IMG/VR virus record: IMGVR_UViG_3300029288_000149
Location: 1 to 64,000 of that record
Source of the DNA: a virus
Taxonomy: Duplodnaviria; Caudoviricetes
Length of the DNA stretch: 64,000 nt
Direction: 5' to 3' (one strand)
Below, piece by piece: positions 27,881 through 37,314 of the stretch (its first letter is position 1; every line of letters begins with the position of its first letter). Made by a program: the position numbers and the translations under genes. The notes below the pieces were generated by a model. It saw only the letters and a list, made by a program, of their open reading frames with translations. It was not told the origin of the DNA and did no database searches.

Positions 27881-30397
27881 CTAACCTTTATTTCTCTCAA
27901 CTTCTATAAGTGCATTGACAACAAGACGTTGTACATAAGGTTCCAAACCTGTTCCATCAACTGTTATGTGCATATTTCTAGTAGCTTGAGATTCAGAAGG
28001 AGCGACAGAAGGTATACGCTTAAGATTGTAAGAATTCAATGAATTTATTAATCCTGAATCTATCAATTCAGAAGATACTTGACCTGCTTGTCCAACATTT
28101 CTTGTAAGATACTTTCCTGGTGATGTTTGTGATGTGCCTACTGGTATGACAGTTTTGGAACTACTTTGTGGTACAGAAATTCCTAACATACTATTGTATG
28201 CATTTACCAAAGCACTTAGACTTTCAAAATAGACACCCCAATCTTGCAACAATCTGTTAAGACCAGTCTGTGTCATACCATCCATGGCTATAAAGCTATT
28301 CCACATGTCACGTAATATTCTGTCTAACTTACGTCTTCTATCCTCTTCTGCCCACTTATCGTACAGATTCTGTAATTCAGCCTGTCTTCTAAGATTCCTG
28401 TTCATAGACTCATACTCTTTTTGTCTAGCTTCCTCAGCCTTCCTGAGTTGAGTCTGCAGACTTTCGTCCATGTCTTGTATTGTCTTCAGATACTCTTCAC
28501 GAGCTTTCGTTCTTCTCTCAGCAACAGCACGTTCTTCCTCACTTATCTGTCGTTTATTCTGTCTTACCAAGGACAGTAAACCAACAGCATCACGCTTCCT
28601 TGCTAATTCACCAGCCTCATAATTGAAGGTTATCAATAATTCCTGTAATCTCTTCTGGTGATCCTTCTCAATCTGTAAAGACTGTTCAGCAGCTTGTATA
28701 GCTAATTCACTCTTTGCCTCAGCAGCATTTTCCAAAATAGATTGTATTCTCTCAGAATTATTACGTTCAATATCTTCAATTTGTCTAGCTCTAGATATAG
28801 CAGCCAGTATGTCATCTCTACCCTTCTGTATTGAACGTTCAAGTGCTTCATCCTCAAGAGATGTCTTAAGTTCAGTAAACTTGTAATTTGCACTGATCAA
28901 AGCATTCTGTAATTTCTGTGCTGCAACAAGTTGACGTTCAACAGCAGTTTCACGCTCTCTGGCAAGTTCTTTTTCCGTTTCAAGTGCTTTCTTCTCTTCT
29001 TCTGTCAATTGTTTAGTTTTATCTATTATCTCACCAGTCTTCTCATCTACCAAACCGTACGTTATTGACAATTCGTGGAATGTGTCAGCATATGCCTTCT
29101 GATATTCTTCCATGAATGACAAAGCTCTTGTGGAATATACTCCTGTTGCAGATTCTAACATTGCCACTTCAATTTCTGATGCAGTATAACCATAACTTTT
29201 GAGAATTTCAAATGCTTTCTCTGTCGCAGTAACAGATGCCTTAAACAACGTTAAACTCTTTAAGAGTGTTGTCATAGCAGAATCAGAATTCTCTATTTGT
29301 TCTGCTGTCATACCAAATGCTGGTGCTAACTCTTTGGCAATGGCTTCGGAAAGGTCTGGTATAAGAGTTATCAATTTAGGTATAACATCTACAAGGTTTA
29401 ATAATAATTCATACAACAATTTTCCTGAACCTTCGACAAACTCTGCTATGTCGTATCCAAGTTGATTTATTTCATCTTCATTATCACGTAACCATTCAAC
29501 CAAATTCTTAAGGAATTTCTCCCAATCTCCAATAGCTGCTGTATAAACAGGCTCGAATGCAGCACCTATTGCATATTTCACTTCTTCGTAGTATCCAGGC
29601 AATGCTTTGATTATTCTGGAAGATGAATCTTGTGCACTCTCATAAGCACCAGTAATTTGAGTACCAGCCTCAATGGCAGCATTAAGAGCAATCTGTTGTC
29701 TCTCAACAGCAGTAAGTTGTTCGACTATTCTACCAGATTCGAGCGCAGCTTTCTGATAAGCAGCTTGAAAATCTACATAAAGTCCTAAAGACTTTAGCAT
29801 TTGAGCACTTTGTCTATTACTCTGTTTAGCACTAGCTTCAGTCTGTGCTGCAATTACTTGAATAAGTTGCAACATAGCATCAGAAACTTTCATTCCAGAC
29901 ACAATAGAAGCATCTTGTGCTACAGTAACAAGTTCAGTAGCTCTGCTCAAATCCAATTCCCCATCAACCATTTTCTTCAAGGTTTGTAATGATTCTCTTG
30001 TGGTAAAACTTTGATCCTTCAAAGATTCTACATATTTATTTATTTGTTCAGATGAATATCCAGCCTGTCCTGCTGTAATTTCAAGTGATCTGTTAAGAGC
30101 ATCTGTCTCAGTACGTAACTGTACTGCTACTTTTATAAGGTCTCCAAAACCACTAATACCACCAGTAACAGCTTTCACAAACATACTAGCTAAAGTACCA
30201 AATACACCTCCAACAACACCAACCACAGCACCAACTTTTAATAGGCTGTTACTCATACCACCTGATTTAGCAGCTACTGTCTTATCAGTCTTCTCAACAT
30301 TCTTATTGAAATTATCAAAGAATTTACCGGTCTGGTCATCTATTGATGCCTTCCACAGTAAATCTTCCTCATTATTCCCAGCAAATTCGTCAGACAT
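27881..30397 (-). CDS. Tail tape measure protein
   Basis: 838 aa, Ala/Leu/Glu-rich and helical, with N-terminal glycine-rich hydrophobic segments and long coiled coils; follows the chaperone genes. Confidence 0.85.
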   Translation of the reverse strand: MSDEFAGNNEEDLLWKASIDDQTGKFFDNFNKNVEKTDKTVAAKSGGMSNSLLKVGAVVGVVGGVFGTLASMFVKAVTGGISGFGDLIKVAVQLRTETDALNRSLEITAGQAGYSSEQINKYVESLKDQSFTTRESLQTLKKMVDGELDLSRATELVTVAQDASIVSGMKVSDAMLQLIQVIAAQTEASAKQSNRQSAQMLKSLGLYVDFQAAYQKAALESGRIVEQLTAVERQQIALNAAIEAGTQITGAYESAQDSSSRIIKALPGYYEEVKYAIGAAFEPVYTAAIGDWEKFLKNLVEWLRDNEDEINQLGYDIAEFVEGSGKLLYELLLNLVDVIPKLITLIPDLSEAIAKELAPAFGMTAEQIENSDSAMTTLLKSLTLFKASVTATEKAFEILKSYGYTASEIEVAMLESATGVYSTRALSFMEEYQKAYADTFHELSITYGLVDEKTGEIIDKTKQLTEEEKKALETEKELARERETAVERQLVAAQKLQNALISANYKFTELKTSLEDEALERSIQKGRDDILAAISRARQIEDIERNNSERIQSILENAAEAKSELAIQAAEQSLQIEKDHQKRLQELLITFNYEAGELARKRDAVGLLSLVRQNKRQISEEERAVAERRTKAREEYLKTIQDMDESLQTQLRKAEEARQKEYESMNRNLRRQAELQNLYDKWAEEDRRRKLDRILRDMWNSFIAMDGMTQTGLNRLLQDWGVYFESLSALVNAYNSMLGISVPQSSSKTVIPVGTSQTSPGKYLTRNVGQAGQVSSELIDSGLINSLNSYNLKRIPSVAPSESQATRNMHITVDGTGLEPYVQRLVVNALIEVERNKG

Positions 30398-30642
30398 TAT
30401 TTTCTAACTTTCTGCATAGCGTACTCTTCCTGCAAGCTGTGTAACCACTCTTTTCCTAATTTCGTAGCTACCATATAAGTTCTTGATTTGACAGGTATCT
30501 CAAACCATCTCTCATCATAAGGGATACTAAATGCATATGCTGTGCTGGCTTCAATAAATCTCATACTTGTAAAAGACATAGTATCTTCACCTGCATTCTT
30601 GTCAAAAATTACCTTATGTAACGGTTTTTCGTCCCATTTCAA
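30397..30642 (-). CDS. Tail assembly chaperone C-terminal extension (lambda gpT-like)
   Basis: Overlaps the end of the chaperone ORF in another frame and has only a weak TTG start. Confidence 0.55.
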   Translation of the reverse strand: MKWDEKPLHKVIFDKNAGEDTMSFTSMRFIEASTAYAFSIPYDERWFEIPVKSRTYMVATKLGKEWLHSLQEEYAMQKVRK

Positions 30643-31180
30643 GTTGAAACCCTAACAAGGCATCTATTATGCCTTGTAGGTTCACCTCCTGATAACACGC
30701 AGATTCTACAATTGCCGAACGTTCTTTAGCATCAACTATTACATTACTCTTCAAGAATGCTAACAAACGCTTTCCAGGGTGTGTTGACACTTTGTAATTT
30801 GGGAATGCTGCCTCAACTCTGTTAACCCAATCTTCGCTGGACAATTCTATTGGACCGGACTCAATTACAACACAATTTGAAAGTAAGAAGTCAGTACGTG
30901 CTTTCTCACGTAACACTTCTATCTCATCATTCTTTACTTCTGCATTCTTGTAAGAGATATACAATTCATATTCTTCGACATTACTGGCTTCTGGTACAGC
31001 ATTCGGTATAAGGTATTCTATGTCGATAGTATCACCTGCCATCAACTTCATCTTACGAGTTGGGTACTTTACTAGTGGAAATTGTTCTTCAATAAAGTCC
31101 AGGTAATATGGAGGTAAAGGCTTCACTAAGACAGTGAAGCCTGAGGATAATGTTAATCGTATACCTTTCTGCTCTACCAA
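30614..31180 (-). CDS. Tail assembly chaperone (lambda gpG-like)
   Basis: Position between the major tail gene and the tape measure. Confidence 0.6.
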   Translation of the reverse strand: MVEQKGIRLTLSSGFTVLVKPLPPYYLDFIEEQFPLVKYPTRKMKLMAGDTIDIEYLIPNAVPEASNVEEYELYISYKNAEVKNDEIEVLREKARTDFLLSNCVVIESGPIELSSEDWVNRVEAAFPNYKVSTHPGKRLLAFLKSNVIVDAKERSAIVESACYQEVNLQGIIDALLGFQLEMGRKTVT

Positions 31181-31248
31181 GTTTTCTCCTCACGATAGAA
31201 TGTAGGAGAGTTGAGTGGAAGGTACAACCCTCCTACATATTGGGTATG

Positions 31249-32742
31249 TTAGATGCCAACGAAATTGCTGATTGTCTTGGAGATAAAGGCAGTACCACCG
31301 TGAGGCTCACCACCAACAAAGACAACGTTCGGATCAACGACTGCTAGTGCATTGAGACCAGAATTGGTTGGCAAACCAAGAGCCCACAACCTGAAGGAAG
31401 CTCCACCATCAACGGATCTGAATACACGACTACCTGAGGCAGTTGTGGCAATGACCCAAATAATTGAGTCACCCCACGAGGCAATTCTGTCAATTGATGT
31501 GACAGCAATACCTTGCACAGCCAGAGTAGTCCACTCATCACCATTATCATAAGAACCATACAATTCACCAGCATTATTGCCGATTAAGACAGTTCCATCA
31601 GGAGTCAGACAAACAGACATATTATCGTCACCAGAACCGGCAACGGGACCAGTTACGACAGTCCAAGAAGCACCATAATCTGAGCTATACAACACAAGAT
31701 TGGACTCACCAACTGCCCACAATGTGCCGTCTCGGTAACCTGTAATGTCATACAAATCAGCAGCACCAGCATACACAGATTCCCAAGTCACACCACCATC
31801 ACCAGACATATAGATATTACCTAAGTCTGTGACAGCATACACATGAGTCCAATCCATACAGTACAACTTGTTGATGTATTCATCATCAGTTGTGCCAACT
31901 TCAACCTGTACCCAGGTAGTCGTTCCCATGACGGTAACATCAGCGTATGCAACGATAGCATGTTCTCCAGCACGAGTAGTACCACCTGACACAATCAGAC
32001 GATGAGCTTTCTTTGTACCAATAGCCAAGATATCAGAGATATCCACACCTGCTGGTAATGGATTTGAGCTAGTCTGTAACCAGGTCTCACCTTTGTCACC
32101 AGTGTACCAAACATTCGCTGTGTTGAGAGCAGAACCCACCAACTTCAAGGTTGCAAGATAACCATTCTCACCAGCATCTGCTTGAGACCTACAATCTTCA
32201 AGACATTCAGATTCAAGGAACGCCATAGCACTGACAGCTTCTGTCTCGAGAATTGTGCGAGGTGAGGTAAACTCGACACCAAAGTCAACGGGAATTGGAC
32301 CAACTTCAGCCACAAACGGTACAGTGGTCTGTACAGGAGCGTCGTCACCTTCGATCATTGCCATACGGTCGATCGACAAATCACCACGGTGAGAACGTTC
32401 CCACAACAGCATTGAGGATGAACCATAATAATCGTCAGCTCTACCACACTTACCAAGATGACATTGGAAGTTGGAAGTACAATCCTTCAGTCCTAACATA
32501 TAGTTGAATGTGTTCTGAAGTCTTGTATCAATTTGGAATTGTGGTAACGCAGGTTCACCCTTTGTAATATCCACAATAACACTTTCACCACGCTTCGATG
32601 CTGACGGCTCCCTGATGGCAGTAAGGTTACCAACCGGATCTGTGATACCAGTTATGCCATAAGGCAGAAGAAGTTGATAAGGTTCAAATTTCTTCCGCTG
32701 AAGCCAAATTCTACCACTCTTATACTTGAAAGATCCAGACAT
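31249..32742 (-). CDS. Probable major tail protein with C-terminal Asp-box (BNR) beta-propeller
   Basis: Synteny; five Asp-box repeats (TGDKGETW, SGDGGVTW, SSDYGASW, SYDNGDEW, SVDGGASF). Confidence 0.6.
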   Translation of the reverse strand: MSGSFKYKSGRIWLQRKKFEPYQLLLPYGITGITDPVGNLTAIREPSASKRGESVIVDITKGEPALPQFQIDTRLQNTFNYMLGLKDCTSNFQCHLGKCGRADDYYGSSSMLLWERSHRGDLSIDRMAMIEGDDAPVQTTVPFVAEVGPIPVDFGVEFTSPRTILETEAVSAMAFLESECLEDCRSQADAGENGYLATLKLVGSALNTANVWYTGDKGETWLQTSSNPLPAGVDISDILAIGTKKAHRLIVSGGTTRAGEHAIVAYADVTVMGTTTWVQVEVGTTDDEYINKLYCMDWTHVYAVTDLGNIYMSGDGGVTWESVYAGAADLYDITGYRDGTLWAVGESNLVLYSSDYGASWTVVTGPVAGSGDDNMSVCLTPDGTVLIGNNAGELYGSYDNGDEWTTLAVQGIAVTSIDRIASWGDSIIWVIATTASGSRVFRSVDGGASFRLWALGLPTNSGLNALAVVDPNVVFVGGEPHGGTAFISKTISNFVGI

Positions 32743-33161
32743 TATGTGCCTCCTATTATATCATGCACTGTTTTATATAAATTTGCAGAAGTCTTACGTG
32801 TAATTGCACCAATTACACTTGCGACTCCATTCGGATTACGTTCCATGTCTTCTATTGTAAATATACCTTGAGCATATAAAGCACTTTGCAATTCTTCAGG
32901 AGATATGGTAATACCGTCAGGATAGATCAACTTCCAGTCTATACCATGCTCTGTTCCTGTGGAAATTGCCTCAGGTAAGATATTGACATTCATACCTGGT
33001 CTTGAACCTGTTACATAATCCCTAGCCACAATGTAAGTCTTATTGTCATATCTGACAACTGCAATCTTGCCTGTTAGAGAAATTATCTTTACCGTAAGTT
33101 TGTCAGTCACATTAATCTCACAATCTTCTTGAAACTGTGCCACCCATCTTATGAGCAACAT
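32742..33161 (-). CDS. Hypothetical virion/neck protein
   Basis: ORF in the head-tail joining region. Confidence 0.5.
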   Translation of the reverse strand: MLLIRWVAQFQEDCEINVTDKLTVKIISLTGKIAVVRYDNKTYIVARDYVTGSRPGMNVNILPEAISTGTEHGIDWKLIYPDGITISPEELQSALYAQGIFTIEDMERNPNGVASVIGAITRKTSANLYKTVHDIIGGT

Positions 33162-33618
33162 CTGTCAGTGTCGTATTCATGTCATTCAAAAGACTCTGCA
33201 GATTACCATTTTCAAATCTAAGTCTCGGAGCCATGCCTGGAATTGAGTATTCCAGATCAGTTATTGAGCCATCAAGATTTATTTCTCCATGCCAATTTCC
33301 ATCTTCTCTCTTATCTACTATCAAATTAAGTCTGGATGGGAAATCATAATTTGTAGCTCTGCTTCTGGCACGTGATGTCACAGGCTTCAACATTACTTGC
33401 TTATCATAAAATTGTGCACTCTTTGAATATCCAGCTCTGTAAAGTTTATTATTTTCCAAATCAGAAATAACAGACTTTGAAGAACCTTTATCCATAACAA
33501 CAGGTGTTCCTGGTGATGAACCTTTAGGAGCTGACCCACCTACTTCACCAGGTCTACCCTTATGACCATGGAAGCCTGAACCAGCACCACCTTTGAGTCT
33601 GATAGTTAGTTTAACCAT
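33118..33618 (-). CDS. Tag-cargo protein 1 (N-terminal RLKGG-GH tag + orphan domain)
   Basis: MVKLTIRLKGGAGSGFHGHKGRPGEVGGSAP at the N-terminus. Confidence 0.8.
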   Translation of the reverse strand: MVKLTIRLKGGAGSGFHGHKGRPGEVGGSAPKGSSPGTPVVMDKGSSKSVISDLENNKLYRAGYSKSAQFYDKQVMLKPVTSRARSRATNYDFPSRLNLIVDKREDGNWHGEINLDGSITDLEYSIPGMAPRLRFENGNLQSLLNDMNTTLTDVAHKMGGTVSRRL

Positions 33619-34676
33619 CACAATCTCCTTATATTCCCTGGGAATTTACCACCTTGTCCAACCTTTGCTCTTGAATCTGCAACCCATGCATCAACAGCAC
33701 CACTCTTTGAACCATATGGAGTGATAATACTGTTAGGATTCTCTTCGACATCATCTGACCAATATCGATGTTCTGCATCACAAGAGCAAGGCTCGAATGG
33801 CATAAGACAATGTGCCAATCTAAGAGTTTGCATCTCTGTCATGACAGACTCCTGTCTGCCTGACAAGTAAGATACTCTAACGACAGCTTTGGAAGAATCT
33901 GAGCATGCTGCAAATCCGATAACACACAGTAAATTGTATATGTCTAAGTCAATGATTGACAACCGTTTGCTCTTTATCAATGCTGCTCCTGCTGTTGGTG
34001 TCTCAGCAAATGCATCACCGAAGGTTATGTAATGCACACCCTCTGTTGCATCATAACTGACATATTTCACATCAACAGTTGTCAATAAGTTTGTATCATC
34101 ATCGTACTGTAATGGATCCTCACGGTCGTCATTCAGGGATGGTAATACTAATCTAGACCTCGGTATTTTTATCGTCAATACACCTGCTAATAATGATATG
34201 TAACTCGGATGGATTGGAACTGACTCACCAGGATAATAAACTACAATATCAGAAGTCGGTACAACCAAGGCTGTTGCAATAGTTAACACAACCGGGTCAA
34301 TAATATTACCACTACCATCGCGATGAGTAATTGCTACAGCAGTCTGTATATCTGTTATCGTCTTCAATCCCACACTAATAAGATGCTTCTTGTTCAGAAC
34401 AAGAGGAGTGGTAATTGGGTATTCTTCACTTTCGATATACTTAGGAGCTATAAAGTAACCCAATTCCTGTTCACGCTTCTCCTCAGCTATGGCTAGATAT
34501 CTTGCAAGATTATCTCTGTTAGATTGTCTCCAGATTGTAGTACAACTGTACACAGGAACTTCACCCGGTTTGTTCAAACCATTGAAGGCAGCGATAGGTA
34601 AACTCAACAATTCCTGATAACGATCAAGAGTTAGACCAGTTTGCTGAGTAAGAGATATGTCCTGTGTTCTAGCCAT
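33618..34676 (-). CDS. Putative head-tail adaptor/neck protein
   Basis: 352 aa; position between head and tail genes. Confidence 0.5.
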   Translation of the reverse strand: MARTQDISLTQQTGLTLDRYQELLSLPIAAFNGLNKPGEVPVYSCTTIWRQSNRDNLARYLAIAEEKREQELGYFIAPKYIESEEYPITTPLVLNKKHLISVGLKTITDIQTAVAITHRDGSGNIIDPVVLTIATALVVPTSDIVVYYPGESVPIHPSYISLLAGVLTIKIPRSRLVLPSLNDDREDPLQYDDDTNLLTTVDVKYVSYDATEGVHYITFGDAFAETPTAGAALIKSKRLSIIDLDIYNLLCVIGFAACSDSSKAVVRVSYLSGRQESVMTEMQTLRLAHCLMPFEPCSCDAEHRYWSDDVEENPNSIITPYGSKSGAVDAWVADSRAKVGQGGKFPGNIRRL

Positions 34677-34678
34677 TG

Positions 34679-35764
34679 TTAGTCCAGAATTGGGTTCCCT
34701 AATTGATAACTACCTTGACTCAACATTGATGATAAATCCTCACGTTCCTGCTTGTTGAACCTCATATTATTAATCTTTTGATAATCTCTGATAAGTAATC
34801 GAACAGATGGTGTTAAACCTCGTTTTCTCATCTTATCAGCAATATCATACATTTGATTTGTTATGTCATCAAGAACTTGTTCATAAGCATCTTGTGCTTG
34901 TGACTCTTGCCCTGTAGTATCATACTCACCAGATGCAATTCTTCTGTTATGTAAAATTTTCATATTTTCTGTAACATTACTGGTATCATCCCTAAACATA
35001 TTAGCATATGCCTCGTGAGCACTACCTCTACTCAATTCTCCATCCTCATTGGGGATACGTGATCTAATTCCTGGTAAATCTCCAGGTTTATCATCTGGAG
35101 AATGAACTTCTCTACGATTGAGTTTAGTAGTCTTCCTACCACTCGCTTGACCACCAGCAGGAAGGGATCCACCATGATGACCGGGAATGCCTCTGTGTCC
35201 ATGATGTCCTGAACCGGGACCACCTTTGAGCCGCATAACATAAGATTTACCAATAAATTCCTTCTGACCTGTCCAGTAATCTTCGAGTGACTTTGTGTCT
35301 GGAGGAGTTACGAGTATGCCGTACTTCTCAGGACCGAGCATAGCCTTGTATCCAAAACCCTTCAGATAGTTAATCATTCCTTGCACTTGCTTAGGTGTCT
35401 CTGCACCATAAGCAACCATAGGGAATGATCCAAGATCATGTGTGCCATCCTCAGATAAATGAGAAGTATCACTACCATAAACAGTATAACCAACTTTAGT
35501 TCTACTGTTTATGAGCTCAGCAGCACCTCTTGCAATGTCCTTAACAATTCTTCTGTCTGTAAAAGATTTGATGCCAAGAGCAATTGCCTTCTTACCAATG
35601 GCTATAAGTTCCTTAGAATAAGGATCCAAACCTGATTCATCAGGAGCTTGGGAACCAGATGCCGAGCTACCTTCAGGAGAACTCCCACCAACAAAACCAG
35701 GACGACCTTTATGACCATGAAATCCTGATCCAGGACCACCTTTGAGTCGAATTGTATAAGCCAT
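34679..35764 (-). CDS. Tag-cargo protein 2 (two tags, two orphan domains)
   Basis: Tags at the N-terminus (~35675-35750) and internally (~35158-35233). Confidence 0.8.
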   Translation of the reverse strand: MAYTIRLKGGPGSGFHGHKGRPGFVGGSSPEGSSASGSQAPDESGLDPYSKELIAIGKKAIALGIKSFTDRRIVKDIARGAAELINSRTKVGYTVYGSDTSHLSEDGTHDLGSFPMVAYGAETPKQVQGMINYLKGFGYKAMLGPEKYGILVTPPDTKSLEDYWTGQKEFIGKSYVMRLKGGPGSGHHGHRGIPGHHGGSLPAGGQASGRKTTKLNRREVHSPDDKPGDLPGIRSRIPNEDGELSRGSAHEAYANMFRDDTSNVTENMKILHNRRIASGEYDTTGQESQAQDAYEQVLDDITNQMYDIADKMRKRGLTPSVRLLIRDYQKINNMRFNKQEREDLSSMLSQGSYQLGNPILD

Positions 35765-35765
35765 A

Positions 35766-36092
35766 TTAGACCACCTTCTCAGCTAAAAATCCTGACACAC
35801 CTACGCTCCCAGGAATAAGCCAGATTAACGACACGTAATTACCACTAACTAAATATACGTAAGTTAGTGAGAGTAAAATCGCTATCCATGTGCCTGTACA
35901 CCAATGACATACCAATAATTTAGCAAAGAATTTCGTCGGAGGATCATACACTTCCTCATCACCAATAAAGGAGTAATGTACTCCAGCCAAAATTCTGACC
36001 TTCTTGAAGATATCTTTTGGACCATCCGTATAACATATCAGATAAGTCAATCCAAAGGTTGCCAATCCTATAACAAGTATAGACTCAAGCAC
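35766..36092 (-). CDS. DUF1360-like membrane protein
   Basis: GLATFGLT...D...F..VR and LLVCHWCTGTW with hydrophobic helices. Confidence 0.65.
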   Translation of the reverse strand: MLESILVIGLATFGLTYLICYTDGPKDIFKKVRILAGVHYSFIGDEEVYDPPTKFFAKLLVCHWCTGTWIAILLSLTYVYLVSGNYVSLIWLIPGSVGVSGFLAEKVV

Positions 36093-37314
36093 CGTCTTTA
36101 CCTGCCTTCTTACCTAACCAAAACAACACTCCTGATCTACCTTTGCCTCTCTTCTCACGCTCCAGAAGTACTGCAGCTGTCTCTTCTGTCACATCCAAGT
36201 CACGAATATCACCGACGGTCAATGCTGCGACATCAGGAAGTGACTCCTCAACAACAGGTTCTACGACAGGTTTCCGAACAACGTCAACAACTGGAGTTCT
36301 TGTTACAACCTCTTCCAGCTTCTGCTCTTCAACCTTCTCGACAACAGCTTCCTTCTCGACCTTCACAAAGAATGATCTTCTGCCTGGAGTTTCAGGACTG
36401 GTAGCATCGTTAGGGTCAACATAATAGTAATTACCATATTCGACCTTGTATGCAAAGTGTGTGAACACACCCTTGTAATAATGTGCAGCTTGACCTTTAC
36501 CACCAGTGTAAAAAGCAAGTATACGACCATCCTGTGTACCAGGAAGATTATTCACATTAGCAGCAGCAGCAACTTGAGCTTTACTTGCAATAGCCTCTGC
36601 TGACGTACGTCTCTTACCACCACATGCTGGGCAACTCACTTGGAACCTCCTTAAACTATTCAATATGTCACGAGAAATTTGCACTGATATTGCTGTGTCT
36701 TTTATGTTACGAGTCCTCTGTTTATCATGTTGTCTGTAACGTAATAAAGGTTCGTGTAAATTTTTACCACAATATGTTAGCATCAACCTAGAATTGTACT
36801 CAGCATCCTCATACAAATCCAGATTCTCATTCCAACCACCAATTGCTCTCCATTGATCAACAGCATGTAAGACAGTCACAGAGGCAATACCCAATTTCTC
36901 CTGTGCTAATTTACATGAAAAATCAAGAAGACGATAATGTGCTACTTCCTGTGTGCCGAACTTTGCCAAATCAGGATAAACAGGTGTGCCATCCCAAGTA
37001 CTCAACAACTTATCTACAGCACCATCAACAAGTTTGTCATCACAATCAAGTGGTAATATGAGACTTGTAGTAACCTGTTCGACTGCACGATTTCTTGTGT
37101 GAGACACACCCTTGTGCACAGAACTTTTGAAGACTTTCAAATTACTGACATTCTCAAAGTGCAATTTCAATAACTCTGTGTCCAATTGTGAATAATCATC
37201 ATAAACAATAACCTGACAATCCTGTCTCAAAGCAGAATCGATACATTCATACAACCAAGTAGTTGATTGTTCGTCTATAACATAAGCAGGAATTATAATC
37301 GTAACATCTTTCAT
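36085..37314 (-). CDS. GT2 glycosyltransferase with C-terminal CxxC and helical extension
   Basis: IIIPAY, YDDYS, GVSHTRN, LDCDD, GGWNENLDLYED and YRQH. Confidence 0.85.
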   Translation of the reverse strand: MKDVTIIIPAYVIDEQSTTWLYECIDSALRQDCQVIVYDDYSQLDTELLKLHFENVSNLKVFKSSVHKGVSHTRNRAVEQVTTSLILPLDCDDKLVDGAVDKLLSTWDGTPVYPDLAKFGTQEVAHYRLLDFSCKLAQEKLGIASVTVLHAVDQWRAIGGWNENLDLYEDAEYNSRLMLTYCGKNLHEPLLRYRQHDKQRTRNIKDTAISVQISRDILNSLRRFQVSCPACGGKRRTSAEAIASKAQVAAAANVNNLPGTQDGRILAFYTGGKGQAAHYYKGVFTHFAYKVEYGNYYYVDPNDATSPETPGRRSFFVKVEKEAVVEKVEEQKLEEVVTRTPVVDVVRKPVVEPVVEESLPDVAALTVGDIRDLDVTEETAAVLLEREKRGKGRSGVLFWLGKKAGKDGA

